Assembly: GCA_030295235.1 (NCBI GenBank)
Contig: AP026136.1
Coordinates: 124,001 to 188,000 of the forward strand
DNA from: Fistulifera solaris
Lineage: Eukaryota
Length of the DNA: 64,000 nt
Reading direction: 5' to 3'
In this document: positions 13,396-24,613 of the stretch, in pieces
How positions within the stretch are numbered: the stretch's first letter is position 1
How the letters are laid out: each line of letters begins with the position of its first letter
The notes under the pieces: model-generated
What the model was told of the DNA's origin: nothing
The model's input: only the letters and a program-made list of their open reading frames with translations
The model's database searches: none
Made by a program: the position numbers and the translations under genes

Positions 13396-15155
13396 ATGCT
13401 ATCAATAAAGAGATGGAAAGTGACATTGTTGATTCTGTTATGGTTCCGTACGTTCAGTCCCTCAGCATCCTTACCCAACATCATCATTCTTTTGGCCGAC
13501 AATTTGGGCTATAATGACATTTCTTTGTTCGGTGCTCCATCGACCGACACTCCTAATGTCGATCGAATCGGTCACCATGGTGTACAATTCAAAAACTTGA
13601 ACTCAGCGGCTAATTTATGTTCCGCAAGTCGTGCCGCTTTGTTAACAGGAAAGTATCCTGTCCGAACCGGAATCTATCCGGGCGTGTTTCAGGCCGACTC
13701 GGTGTACGGGTTACTGCCTACGGAAACCACATTGGCCGAATATTTACGAAATCTCGGTTACGCGACGTCCATTGTAGGAAAATGGCATTTGGGTCACAAC
13801 ACCGATTTTCTTCCCATCAATCAAGGCTTTGATGAATGGCTGGGAATTCCGTATCATGCCTCTGGTGGGTCGGTGGAAGATCATGTGTGTCAATACGATC
13901 GCAACAAAACCATGTGGCTACCCTTGTACGAGAACCACAGGATTGTACAGCAGCCGGACAATATGCATCATTTAGCAGAGAAGTATACGGATCGTGCCAT
14001 TGATTTTATGCAACGGCACCAACAGGAACCTTTCTTTTTGTATTTTCCGTTTTCACACGTCCATCAATTGTGTGCTCCGCGTGATTATCCGGAACAATCG
14101 ACCTGCCAATGGAGTGCTCGCGACAACAGTACTTTTTCAATGCCGTGGAAGAGATGGATTGGATGGTGGGAAAGGTCCTCGATACGATCGACCCACTAGG
14201 ACTTACCAACAATACACTGGTATTATTTACCAGCGACAATGGACCGTGGGTAGCAGAACAAGAATGCTCAGGCTCAAAAGGCCCTTTTTTGGGGCAATGG
14301 TAAGTTATCAAACAATCCGCATATTGTGAGTCGTCAGTTTATTCTCTTGAGAAGGGACTTGACCTTTCCTAATCATTCGTAATCAATGTTCCTTTGCATT
14401 AATTTTTCAGGCTCATGGACCACACGACCGAAAATTGCACCGCGTGTCCCCATGATTACATTCCCGATCCAAATGTATTTCGTCAATGTTTGTTACCGAA
14501 TACCACCCATCGATTACAAGGAGTGCATTGTGGTGCCGATACTGGACTTGGTTCCTTATGGGAAGCCAATTTGCGTATGCCCACGGTGCTGCAATGGCCC
14601 GGTCGGATTCCGCCCCAGCAAGAAAGCAGCGAATTGCTTTCTTCACTCGATGTTGTTCCTACCATCCTGTCTATTGTGGGACAAGACATACAGTATTTAT
14701 CCTTCGACGGGATGGACATGAGTGACACTTGGTTGCATCCATCATCTAGTCGTACATTCGATCGTGTTTTATTCTTTTGGCGAGATGGGTTTCAATCCGG
14801 TCCACTGCCCGCTCCGTATGGCCGCATGGATGTAGCGGCAGTCAAAGTCGGACGTTTCAAGGCCTGGATATGGACCAAAAGCGCGCATTACAATGACGAC
14901 GTCGAAGTCTATCACGATCCGCCTTTGTTGTTCGATGTTGAAGACGATCCATCCGAAGCAATACCCTTGGATCCACAGGAACATGGCAAGTTGCTTCGTT
15001 CCGTCCCCATTTGGATCGAACAACACAAGGCCAGTGTGGATTGGACTTTTCCGTTGACTCTGGCCAAAGACCCAAGATTGGTGCCTTGTGTAGACCGAAC
15101 CACAGGGTGTCGAACTGAGGTTAGTGATTATTTTTATCAACAAGTTACACTGTAA
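13396..15155 (+). CDS. Arylsulfatase (S1 family, ARSA/ARSG-like) with signal peptide
   Basis: Motifs [64 protein letters not shown] and [10 protein letters not shown]. Intron 14300-14410. One T is missing in the run near 14133. Confidence 0.92.
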
Positions 15156-15802
15156 CGATTACTTTTGCGAATAATCCAAAAAGTATCCTGAGTCGATGAT
15201 AGCATGGTTGATTGTTCGTTAAGTCCACACGCATCAAAGCGAATCTAAGCTGGTCTGTTCGTACAAATTCCTTGCAAGTTGATGCAGCTTGCAAAGAAGG
15301 CATTGACAGTTGGCATTCTCACCCAGAAAGAAGCTTTGGATAAGAACTTGACTACGATTGACGAGAGGAGAAGGGAAGAAAAAGTGAGTGACTAATGTGC
15401 AGGACAAAAAGTGCGTTGCACGCACGTTTTTCTTACGTTCCGAAATGCGAGTTCGCTCATACACTCAACGACACAGTCCTGACCGCACGAGAATTGTGTT
15501 ACGTCATTCTGCAACAAATGACTCAAGGGACTATGCGTTTCCGTAGGTGTGGTACACAAATGTGTTCATTCGTACGCGCTTGTTGGGAACACGTGTACAC
15601 GAAAGACGATAAGCTTGGCTCTCGTAGAACGACGACAAGCCGAGATGCCGATGTTGAGCACGAGTTGAACAACTCATCGTCGCCATCGAACGCTTTTTTG
15701 ATTATTTTCACAAACAAACACTTGCTTGGCTTTTCCTCGTCGGCATCCGTTGCTTCATATACTACATTACGCTCTCTTACCTGTAAATAAAAGCACCATA
15801 CA

Positions 15803-16663
15803 ATGAAATCGTCTTCCTGGTTCATAATAATTGCCTTCTTTGTTCCAATTTCTACAGCCTTTCAATTGTCGATGCTGTCCTCTCGAACATCGTCTTCCAA
15901 TACAAGCAAACATCAGATTTTTCATCAATCAATGCAAATCATGACATCACCGCGGACGGCTTTTTCTTCCAAATCCGGTGGTGTCTCTTCGACCTTGATA
16001 TCGCAATTGGCGGTCTTGGCCCTTAAACTCCGTTTGAAAGCACAAACGGATGTGACTTGCGATGTAACGAGTCGGAGTGCTGATTTGTTACTGCGCGGCC
16101 GTGTCGGACCTGTCACCGTGAAGGGCAAAGGATGGCAAAGTGGTTTGGGACTCACCTGTCGGGCCATTGAAGCCACCGTCGATAGTTGTGAGCTCGACGT
16201 TCCACGTCTCTTGTCGGATCAGAAATTGCGGTTGTTGCAACCCGCGGTAGGCAAAGCCATGGTGGCTTTGAATGCGCATGATTTCAGTAATTTCATTACC
16301 CATCCGTTGATGAAGACTCTAGGGGATTTGCAATTCGTTCGTGAAGGAACTTCGATTGATGCCACATCGGGAACTGTCACATTTCACGTGCTAAAAGCCT
16401 CGCAAACATTCCGGTGTGTATTGCAACGGGCGGACAATGAACAACGTCGGGCCCGAATTGAAGTCCAAGGTGATGACATTGACACGGCGCTCGAAATTTC
16501 TCAGAGTCTCTCGGATTTTTTCAATGATCTAGTATTCGAACTGGATGGAACATTCTTATCCTTCCGTGACATGATGGTCACAGGGAAGGGAGGAGCACCG
16601 AGTGTCATGCTGGCCCTTTCGATAAAAGTACACAAATTCCCTTCGGCAGGGTTGCAATTTTAA
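15803..16663 (+). CDS. Plastid-targeted protein, possibly DUF2993/LmeA-like
   Basis: Signal peptide ending STA-FQL followed by a Ser-rich transit peptide. LLRGRVGPVTVKGKGW and ALNAHDFSNFITHPL resemble DUF2993 proteins. Confidence 0.6.
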   Translation: MKSSSWFIIIAFFVPISTAFQLSMLSSRTSSSNTSKHQIFHQSMQIMTSPRTAFSSKSGGVSSTLISQLAVLALKLRLKAQTDVTCDVTSRSADLLLRGRVGPVTVKGKGWQSGLGLTCRAIEATVDSCELDVPRLLSDQKLRLLQPAVGKAMVALNAHDFSNFITHPLMKTLGDLQFVREGTSIDATSGTVTFHVLKASQTFRCVLQRADNEQRRARIEVQGDDIDTALEISQSLSDFFNDLVFELDGTFLSFRDMMVTGKGGAPSVMLALSIKVHKFPSAGLQF

Positions 16664-16681
16664 GAATCCAGTAATTATAGA

Positions 16682-17655
16682 TTACTTCTTTTTATTACTG
16701 CTACTACCCAATTTTCGTCCTTTATTCTTTTTCTCGATTTCAATGCCTTGCTCACACTCTCTTTACCGGCATCCTTGTCTGCTGGATCCAGTCGCTTGGA
16801 AAGAAACTCCGGTGCCACCAACCAATCTTGTCCTTGCTCAAGTTTCGGCCAAATATTTTTGTGAAAATGATAAAAGTGACCCGTCAAGATGCCCATAATA
16901 TGCGGCATGGCCGCCATAGGACTTTGTGCTTGCAAGACATCGGAGGCCATGAGTCCGTACGGCAAGGACCAGTACGGGACCGTAAATACCAACCATTTGA
17001 CCTTTTGGTGGGGCATGGAGCGACTGAGGACATGAAGCATACTGGTAATCATGCTGTTGGCGAAAAAAGGTTGGCCGACGAGAGCACTAAAGAAGGAGAG
17101 CAACACGAGTTGTGATAGAAGAAAAACGGAATGTTGCGCTGTGCCGTAGGCTCGTTCCAACGAGGACCCGTATTGAAACAGATAGTAACCACTCATCAAC
17201 CAGCTAATAGAAGGTGGTCCCAAGAACGAAGCGGCAGTGATGGGACGCCAGAGTTGCAGGCCGTATAAGACACGCATGGGGTCGAGTGCAAGCAGCCCTT
17301 GTGTAAGCTCTTCCCCAAGCACGAGACCAAGCAAGGTTGCTACACCAACCAGCGTAATATAGGTTCGTGTCAAGGGTAATATTTTCTTGTACTTTTGGAG
17401 CGTATCGGCGATCGCTGATTTCTCTTCTGGGGCATCTTTCTTGGTGACTTTCCGTTTGCCAGTTGCAGTCTTTTGTGCGACTTTTCGTTTGGAAGCGCCC
17501 CCTCTCAGTTCTATTAATCGATTATTTGAGTATACGAGTGGATTGCCGCTCGATAAAGTGTTCGCGGTAGTTCTAGGAAGCACCCGACTCGATGCTGGAC
17601 CCCAAGACAAGCCTATCACTATAATGGATAATATTGATGCGAAAGATGATTTCAT
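16682..17655 (-). CDS. DER1: Derlin (Der1 family) with bipartite leader, probable symbiont-derived SELMA derlin
   Basis: Motifs PLTRTY, LQLWRPITAASFLG, YGSSLE and GILTGHFYHF. Signal peptide plus an extension containing LRGG. Adding one A in the run at 16728-16732 gives the C-terminus KKNKGRKLGSSSNKKK with stop at 16682. Confidence 0.85.
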
Positions 17656-18590
17656 TTTTTCGTGATCTGAGAAGTCTCGCAGTCAAACACTCAGGTAACA
17701 CGTAGACAATGATATCGAATGTATGTTGATTTCAATGCTTTGAGTTTGCCTGCACGTGAAATGGTTGAAACATGTTGGTTTGATCGGCAATCATCGCCTC
17801 ATCTCTTATCTTTCCGTAGTGTATTTTTTTGCGGTGTGGGGCAACACACGCTCCTTGACGTACGACGGTATTTACACGTGTCGATTTTAACCAGTCACGA
17901 CTCTTACTCGTGAATGGCTACAAGAGAAGAATTTGCCACAAAAAACGGAGCGACAGTTATAACAGCACAAATAGAAAGTAAAGATTAAAGCGACCGTCTC
18001 ATAAGAATTATAATATTATCAGAGCTATTGTTGCTAAGTCGATTTTTATTTGATGTAGATTAATTTAATGTTCACTATAAGAACAAGAGTGTAGGCTCTC
18101 TTTTCGTTGACGATGGCAACTCTACGACTGGAATTCAGTCGTGAGTCATGATCGGACAGTTGGAACGGCAAGTAATATTAGATCTGAAATGACAGTAAGC
18201 TAACACTATTTGAAGTGCCCCATCTTGGTTATTTGTGACAAAAAGCTTTCTTATCTTCCATTGAATAGTGAAACGACATCGCCACGACTGGATCTCCGTC
18301 ACGATCACAATGTGACAACAATTGAAACGACAGCAAGTAATAGGCAATTGGTTCCACTCAAGGCTGTACTAATGTGACTTTTCGTAAACCCATTGCCGTC
18401 GTTTTATTGGGACCGAGCATTCTCCTAAAATTGATTCGTCTGTTTGGAGCCAGCCGACCCATCTTAATATTCAATGAGGAAAAAGAACCTAAATACACGC
18501 ACGCTTTCTTCAAGGAGATTTAGTTACTACAAATCAAATTATAATATTCCCAGTTTCAGATCAATGAATTAAAACTTTAAGTTCAAAAAT

Positions 18591-19280
18591 CTAAGGCGAA
18601 GGAAGGATGAGGTCAAGGTTTCCAAGCTTCTCGTGAATCATGAGTCCCAAGATACCCATTTGAGCGGCACGTCCGTTGTTCAATTCAATGGCACGCTTCT
18701 TAAGCTTGGTCTCGGCGTCAAACGTATCCCAGCCAAAGTCAATAGCACCATTGCGGAAGTCACCGATGAACTCACCCGGGACAATGGGGCGCATGATCAA
18801 TTCCAAAAAAGAAAACAAAGGCAACAATCTGGGCAAGACCTCCCTTAGGGACAGCCTCCAAAGCACCGAATCCGTACGGAATGTCGGCGAATTTGGTTCC
18901 GGCGTAGTCAATGTTTCCAGGAAGACGGATTCCGGCGTAAGTGACCAAGTAACCGGCAACGGCCAGCATGCAGATACGGCCGTGTTTGATTTCGACCTCA
19001 CGAAGGCGATCGAATCGTGCCTGGGAGGCGTTGTTCAACATGCCGAGGGGATCATAGAAACCAGTCTGAATGGAGATAATTATGGACAGAAGAAGTATGT
19101 GAGATACTCACGAATCGAGATGCTTCGAACGCAACAATGAAAGGAGATCGCACTTACGGGAGTTTGTACACCCAATTCGTTCTCGTAGGCATTGAGGGCC
19201 GTAGAACGAGCGGCTTGCTGGCTGACAGGAGCGAAGGCAGCGGCGCTGGCAATGAGGGAGGCGGCAATAGCGATCTTCAT
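18591..19280 (-). CDS. LHCF: Fucoxanthin-chlorophyll a/c binding protein (Lhcf)
   Basis: Leader MKIAIAASLIASAAAFAP; motifs GFYDPLG, RLREVEIKHGRICMLA, GDFRNG and ELNNGRAAQMG. Intron 19066-19157. One extra base in the run at 18805-18810. Confidence 0.96.
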
Positions 19281-19678
19281 GGTAGATTCTTGCTGTTGAG
19301 AAAATGTGTCAATTGCGAAGAAGATACGGTATTCCGTGCCGGTGTTGTCGTGTATTTCGACTGCGTGAAGTTGAAACAAGAAGATACCTCGTCCCATTCC
19401 CATGTCACGTGTCCCGCTCAGACAAACAAGGGAGTGTCTTTGACTGATGGACAGACAATCCGATAGAATATTTGGTACTTGGTACGGGACTATAAACTAG
19501 TTCAGTCACTCCTTCATCACAAGAAAAAAGGGCGCTCGCCTTTCAACAGAACTCTTGACGCAACAAGGCAGAAAGACTAATTTATAGTTTAGGAGTAATG
19601 GAACAATTACTTAATATAAATTTTCAAACTTCCCATCCGTCTGAGTGCTCAAAGGCGTGCTGGAAGAAACATCGAAAC

Positions 19679-20855
19679 TTATCTCAGCGAAACGGCGTTC
19701 TTCAAACGATCCGATAAGGTAAGACCTGCTGCACTGCCTGCATTGGTTGCTTCATCACCTAAACTATAGTTTTCATTGTCGTCTTCAAAGAATTCCTGCC
19801 AAAGTCGGCGTTCGTCATTATTTAGAGTAGTAGAAGCCTTTGACTCTCCCTCGGCCCGTGAGTCAAAATTGCTTCCATTTGACGAATTATCTTCAAAACT
19901 ACCGCCATCCTCTTCTTCGTGTTGGGGTTGCGTACAAGCGGCCGTGGTTTCTTTCACCAAGCCAGTCAAACTCGTTCCAGCGCGTTTCAACATTGTGATC
20001 AATTCTTTCGAACCAGTCGTCGATGTACTTTCAAAGCTCGTTTCGGTATCTTGCGGCTCGTTGGAGAAAGAAAACATTTTCCAAAAGGGCAGCTCGGTCT
20101 TTTGGGTATCTATTTTGGTGATATCTTCGTAGTCATCATCTGGGAACTTCTTTTTCTGTTTCGATGGCATGTGGCACGCTAGAACGGCCTTCCAAGCCTT
20201 GTCTTTCGAGTCTACAACCGATTTCCGAAAAGACGGGTCCATTATCTTTCCATGAAACCTTTCGTCTTACTAGAAGGTGTTTCTTCATCGGCACTTTCAG
20301 CTCGAGACTTTTCGTCGGTAGTAGTGTTTAATATCGAATTTTCTTGGACAGAAGGTACCGGTGCAAAATTGCCCACCGCGTCTTTTACTTGATGGGGATA
20401 TGTTTGTTCCGAGGAATTTCTATCCGGTGTATCTTCCTCGACTTCTTCGTCGGCAACCGAATCAACGTCCACTGGCCCAGTTTGGCGGTTAGTCTCAACA
20501 GAATCGAATCTACTTGTCTCGTTTGTATTACTTTGAGGGGGAGAGAACGAGAGGAGCGGAAGCCTGATGAGCGCGAGCGCGTCGTTTCCAAACAGGTTCC
20601 TTGCCGGATGCACCGTTTCTAGTCGATGCATTCGCAGTTAATGACGAAAACTTGTCTGATTTTTTTGTGATCCAATGTTTCGAGCTGCTCATTAGGCGTC
20701 CTGGTATTCTCTACCGGTGAACTCGCACTAGATATCGTCGGTGAATCATCCTCGCTTAGTTTTCTTTGAAAGGATGATTCATCATCGTAGCTGTCAAGAC
20801 TCTGATGTTGAGGGGGAGGAGGCACCCCATTGACGACGCGTTGGAAGAATTTCAT
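19679..20855 (-). CDS. Hypothetical acidic, Ser-rich disordered protein
   Basis: Three consecutive ORFs become one frame if single-base indels are corrected in the runs at 20660-20666, 20537-20541 and 20247-20249. No recognisable domain. Confidence 0.55.
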
Positions 20856-21383
20856 AACAATGGATTGTTTGTGTGAATTTTGTCTTTTGGCTCTGATTAT
20901 TGCTTCTATTGCATAACTTGCTGTTCAGATAAAAAGACAAATGGCTACCCAATCGAGCGATACAACAACCGATTGCCTTTCTCAGAACAGAGGGCCACAA
21001 TAAGTCTCGAACGAGTCTCGTAGCGAAAATCTCGTCGGAATCTTGTAGGCAGAAAAAAGGCGGACGAAAAAATGGCGCGAACCAATGAAAAGAGCAACCG
21101 GTACTCAAGTACAACATACAGTCGAAAGCATATTACTAGAGAGAGAGGAGTCGACTGTCAAGGAACATCTCAGGGAACCGTCTTTTAACCAAGCACATCA
21201 ATCGGATCACGTTTTTCTGATATGTCAAGATCCTGTATTTGTACATAAGCCTTGCTCAACGGCCCACTCGCTCGCGCCACGACCCAGACACTCGTCTTTC
21301 CTTTCCTTTTTGGTTAGAAAAGAAAAGACGCCGAAGAAGAACGACCGAACAGAAACTCCATTGACAAGGAATCCATTATCGTA

Positions 21384-21845
21384 ATGAATTCAAAAGGCTC
21401 GACTTTGAGAGGCAGCTGGTTGCCGCGTTTCGGATGGGGCAAGCGAAAAGTGCGCAACGGTGACGACGATGTCAACCACATTCCAACGCAAGTGGCTTTG
21501 GGAAAAGTGAGTCGTTCAGTCATAGATGACGACCTGACATTGGAAAGTGGTGACGTATTCACGCATGTCAAGTCGTCTGAATCAGACGAGAAGCCTTTTG
21601 ACCTAAATGCGACTCCTTGTCGGCTACGAGAGATCGATGATGTTGCAGAATCAGCACCTGATCTCAATGAAAGAGAATCCCCGACAAGTTCAAGCCCAGG
21701 ATGTTTAAAGACGGAACAAAGAAACAAAGCTACAAGTCGAAAAGCACAAGAAACTTCGGAGAAGAAGGTTCAGAAATCGACGGTCCCGATTGTCGCTGCC
21801 GCTGACGCCACCACCATAGCATTGAGTGTATGGGCGTGCTGGTAA
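21384..21845 (+). CDS. Hypothetical protein (153 aa)
   Basis: ATG-initiated ORF with coding-like composition, divergent from the previous gene. No motif recognised. Confidence 0.45.
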   Translation: MNSKGSTLRGSWLPRFGWGKRKVRNGDDDVNHIPTQVALGKVSRSVIDDDLTLESGDVFTHVKSSESDEKPFDLNATPCRLREIDDVAESAPDLNERESPTSSSPGCLKTEQRNKATSRKAQETSEKKVQKSTVPIVAAADATTIALSVWACW

Positions 21846-22480
21846 AGTGCTTCACTTGGATGATTTGGAGGAGGCCATGGTCAGTTCTACTGCAAACGGG
21901 ATGTCTAGCCAATCGGCTAGAATAAGTTTTGTACTTGCTTGTGGATAAATTCGAAACAAATTTTATGTTCATTATCTACTTTGACTATGCATTGTTGCAG
22001 AAGACGTCTTTTGTGAGAATTTGGCTCTGAGTTTGCAAGTTGCCGCTTCATTGAGACAACCAGACAACCGCACACAATCGCGACAGCCACGAATCATCAT
22101 CAAAAAGTGGAGACTCAGACTGCTTTCTGATCTACGTTTGGTCTGTTAGTTGGTAAGCTCCCTTTCCCTATATTATAATAAAGAACCTTCGGCAGCATTG
22201 GCAATGCTCACCTCCATCTTCATGTCCAAATTCATTGTGATCGTTTGTCTTCCATATTTACTATAGCCCAAAGAGAATGCGACCTTTCCCACGACTGCAT
22301 TTAAGTCACGGAAGTTCAAACCTAAAAGGCAGAACATGAGTCTAAAAGGTTTCACTCAGTCGCTCCTAATCTCAAGCACCTTAAATTTGAAAATATTCAA
22401 GCAGCATTCGCAATGCACGCCTCCGTTGCTATTACTCCGTAACGTTCAATAATATTTATCCTTTAGAGAGAGATGCTTGG

Positions 22481-23398
22481 TTACCTTGCGCCGGTGCTTG
22501 GGTTGCTAAAAGCTCGACGGTAATCCACTATCTGTTGCGCGAGATCAGCTTTTTCAAGCCGAACGGCTTTTATTTTTTTGGTCCACTTTCGTTGTTGACC
22601 TTCGAATAGAGTGCGTACAGAATCTGGATTTTGACACAGTTCAAGATACTTTCTCTTCGATATCCGCACTAGTTGGTTCACGTCATTGCCATCTCGCTGA
22701 CAAAAATTGAAGACACAGCTTTTCATGCTGGCGCATGGGCCGCAATAAACTTGTTGGAGATTGGTCGAAACTTGGAAAGTTCCCTGGCAATTCTTTGACA
22801 CTAGTTTCCATTCGGCTTTCTTATCTTGAATGAATTGAAGTTCATTTGCACCCTTGTTTTTGATGCAGTCCGGAAGATCAAAGGACGTCGGAAGTGCTTT
22901 GCCCAGTTGCATCTGTTGCAATGGACCGGCAAGAAAACTTTGTTTGAAAAGGCTATCAATCTTATCACCTCGGAATCCTTTGAATGTTAGAATAGCCGGA
23001 GCCTTCGGTTTATTTGGTGCAATAATAGGTACTGAATTTTCAGAAGAGAGGTATGCGTTGATAATCTCGACGTGCTCAATGATCGATTCAAAAGGAAGGT
23101 TGATTGTTGGTATTGACCAATCCACAGAACGGTCGGTTTTGAACAAGACGTTTTCTGAATCCGATTTGACATAATACTACTTGTTCGAGTATATTCGAGA
23201 CGTGATCAACTTGGAGCTTTTGTACTGCAAAGCGTCTATAATGTGTCTGCGGGTCAACTTGGACGAAACATTGAATTGATCGACAAAAATCATTTGGATT
23301 TCATCCGGTGAAAGGTAATCCTTCGTCGGGAATTGCAAGAAGATTTGAACTATGGCTGCGCGGAAAACACCAGTCCCTTCTTTCCGATAAGACTCCAT
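22481..23398 (-). pseudogene. Interrupted ORF of about 305 codons with a Cys cluster; possible transposon-derived relic
   Basis: ORFs 23177-23398 and 22481-23146 are in the same frame, separated by one TAG (AAC AAG TAG TAT TAT GTC). Contains SKNCQG...YCGPC...C followed by a coiled-coil-like stretch. Confidence 0.45.
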
Positions 23399-23720
23399 GC
23401 TAAATGATGATTACGCAACAAGATTTTGTTATTATTACCACTTATTTCCAAGACTTTTTTATTTCAGTGTCACCAGGCCGTCGAATAATTGTCATCGTTC
23501 ATCATCAATCACGAGCAAGAAAGATCACGTGAACCCCATTCACGGGTTGTGTCGTACCAACACCAATCAACGGATAAAAATGAGCATGGCTGGCGCGCGC
23601 TGACAAGACTTGTTGCCAATCCATTTTCTGGTCTTGCAAGAACAATCTTCTTGCAATTTTTTGGTGCATTCCGAAAGAACAGATCTTTCGACAAAACAGG
23701 AGTTTTCGCATAGAAACAAA

Positions 23721-24351
23721 ATGAGAAGTGGCGAAATCCGACGACGTATACGTGAGCGTCATGCTCATCGGATTCATCCGAAACAGCCGCTCAAGGTCGA
23801 ACAATACACACCATCGCATCACGGATTAGCTAAGGACAAGACCAATTTGATTAAGAAGAATAGAACGAAAAGATCGGATAGTCCTTTAGAACGAACGATC
23901 AGTTTGACAGTGGATACTAGTGCGAGCACCGATGAGGTTACTTTGAATCGTTCTCAGGCGCTCCAAGAAGAAGAAAAGCCGCAGGAGATACCATTCCTTC
24001 CGGACGCCCAGCCGCTTCGGCAATCCGGACATTTTAGACATGTCACAAGATTCGCTTCCAGCGGGAGCTCTTTGGGGTAAATCCTTCTTGCATACATCCG
24101 TCGCAGAGTCTCCATCCCTGCGATTTCAGCATATTCCACGGATCCCAGCTGACCGCAACAATCTTTCAATTGATTTGAGCAAAAGTGTCCCGATAGCGCC
24201 AGCGAACGAGTTTCGAATACCTTTGGGAAGTTTGCCAAACGAATCATTTGAATTCTCGGCGATTGATACTGACGTTTCTCGTACTACGAATCGAACGTTC
24301 GACTTCGATGACGACATGCCCGACGATGAAAGACATGCCTCTAGTCTTTAA
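23721..24351 (+). CDS. Hypothetical protein
   Basis: MRSGEIRRRIRERH... joins ORF 24040-24351 if one G is removed from the run at 24074-24077 (SLG-KSFLH). Confidence 0.5.
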
Positions 24352-24613
24352 GAAAAGTCGGTCGTGGCGATGACTAACACGGTGCACTTTACAGACCGAA
24401 GAATAAACGTGACCAACTATCATTTGAAATCGACGCCGTGTATCTTTCTGGTGTGCCTCGGAAAGTGTGAATTCATGATGATTCGACGAATCAAGGAATG
24501 CTGTCACCGTTGATTAAAAACAATCTTGGCCGTGTTTTGTTATTAAAATGCAGTTGAGCTTTTTGCGACATTGTGAAACATCATATTCTTGTTCGTTATC
24601 AGTGTCCCTTTCC

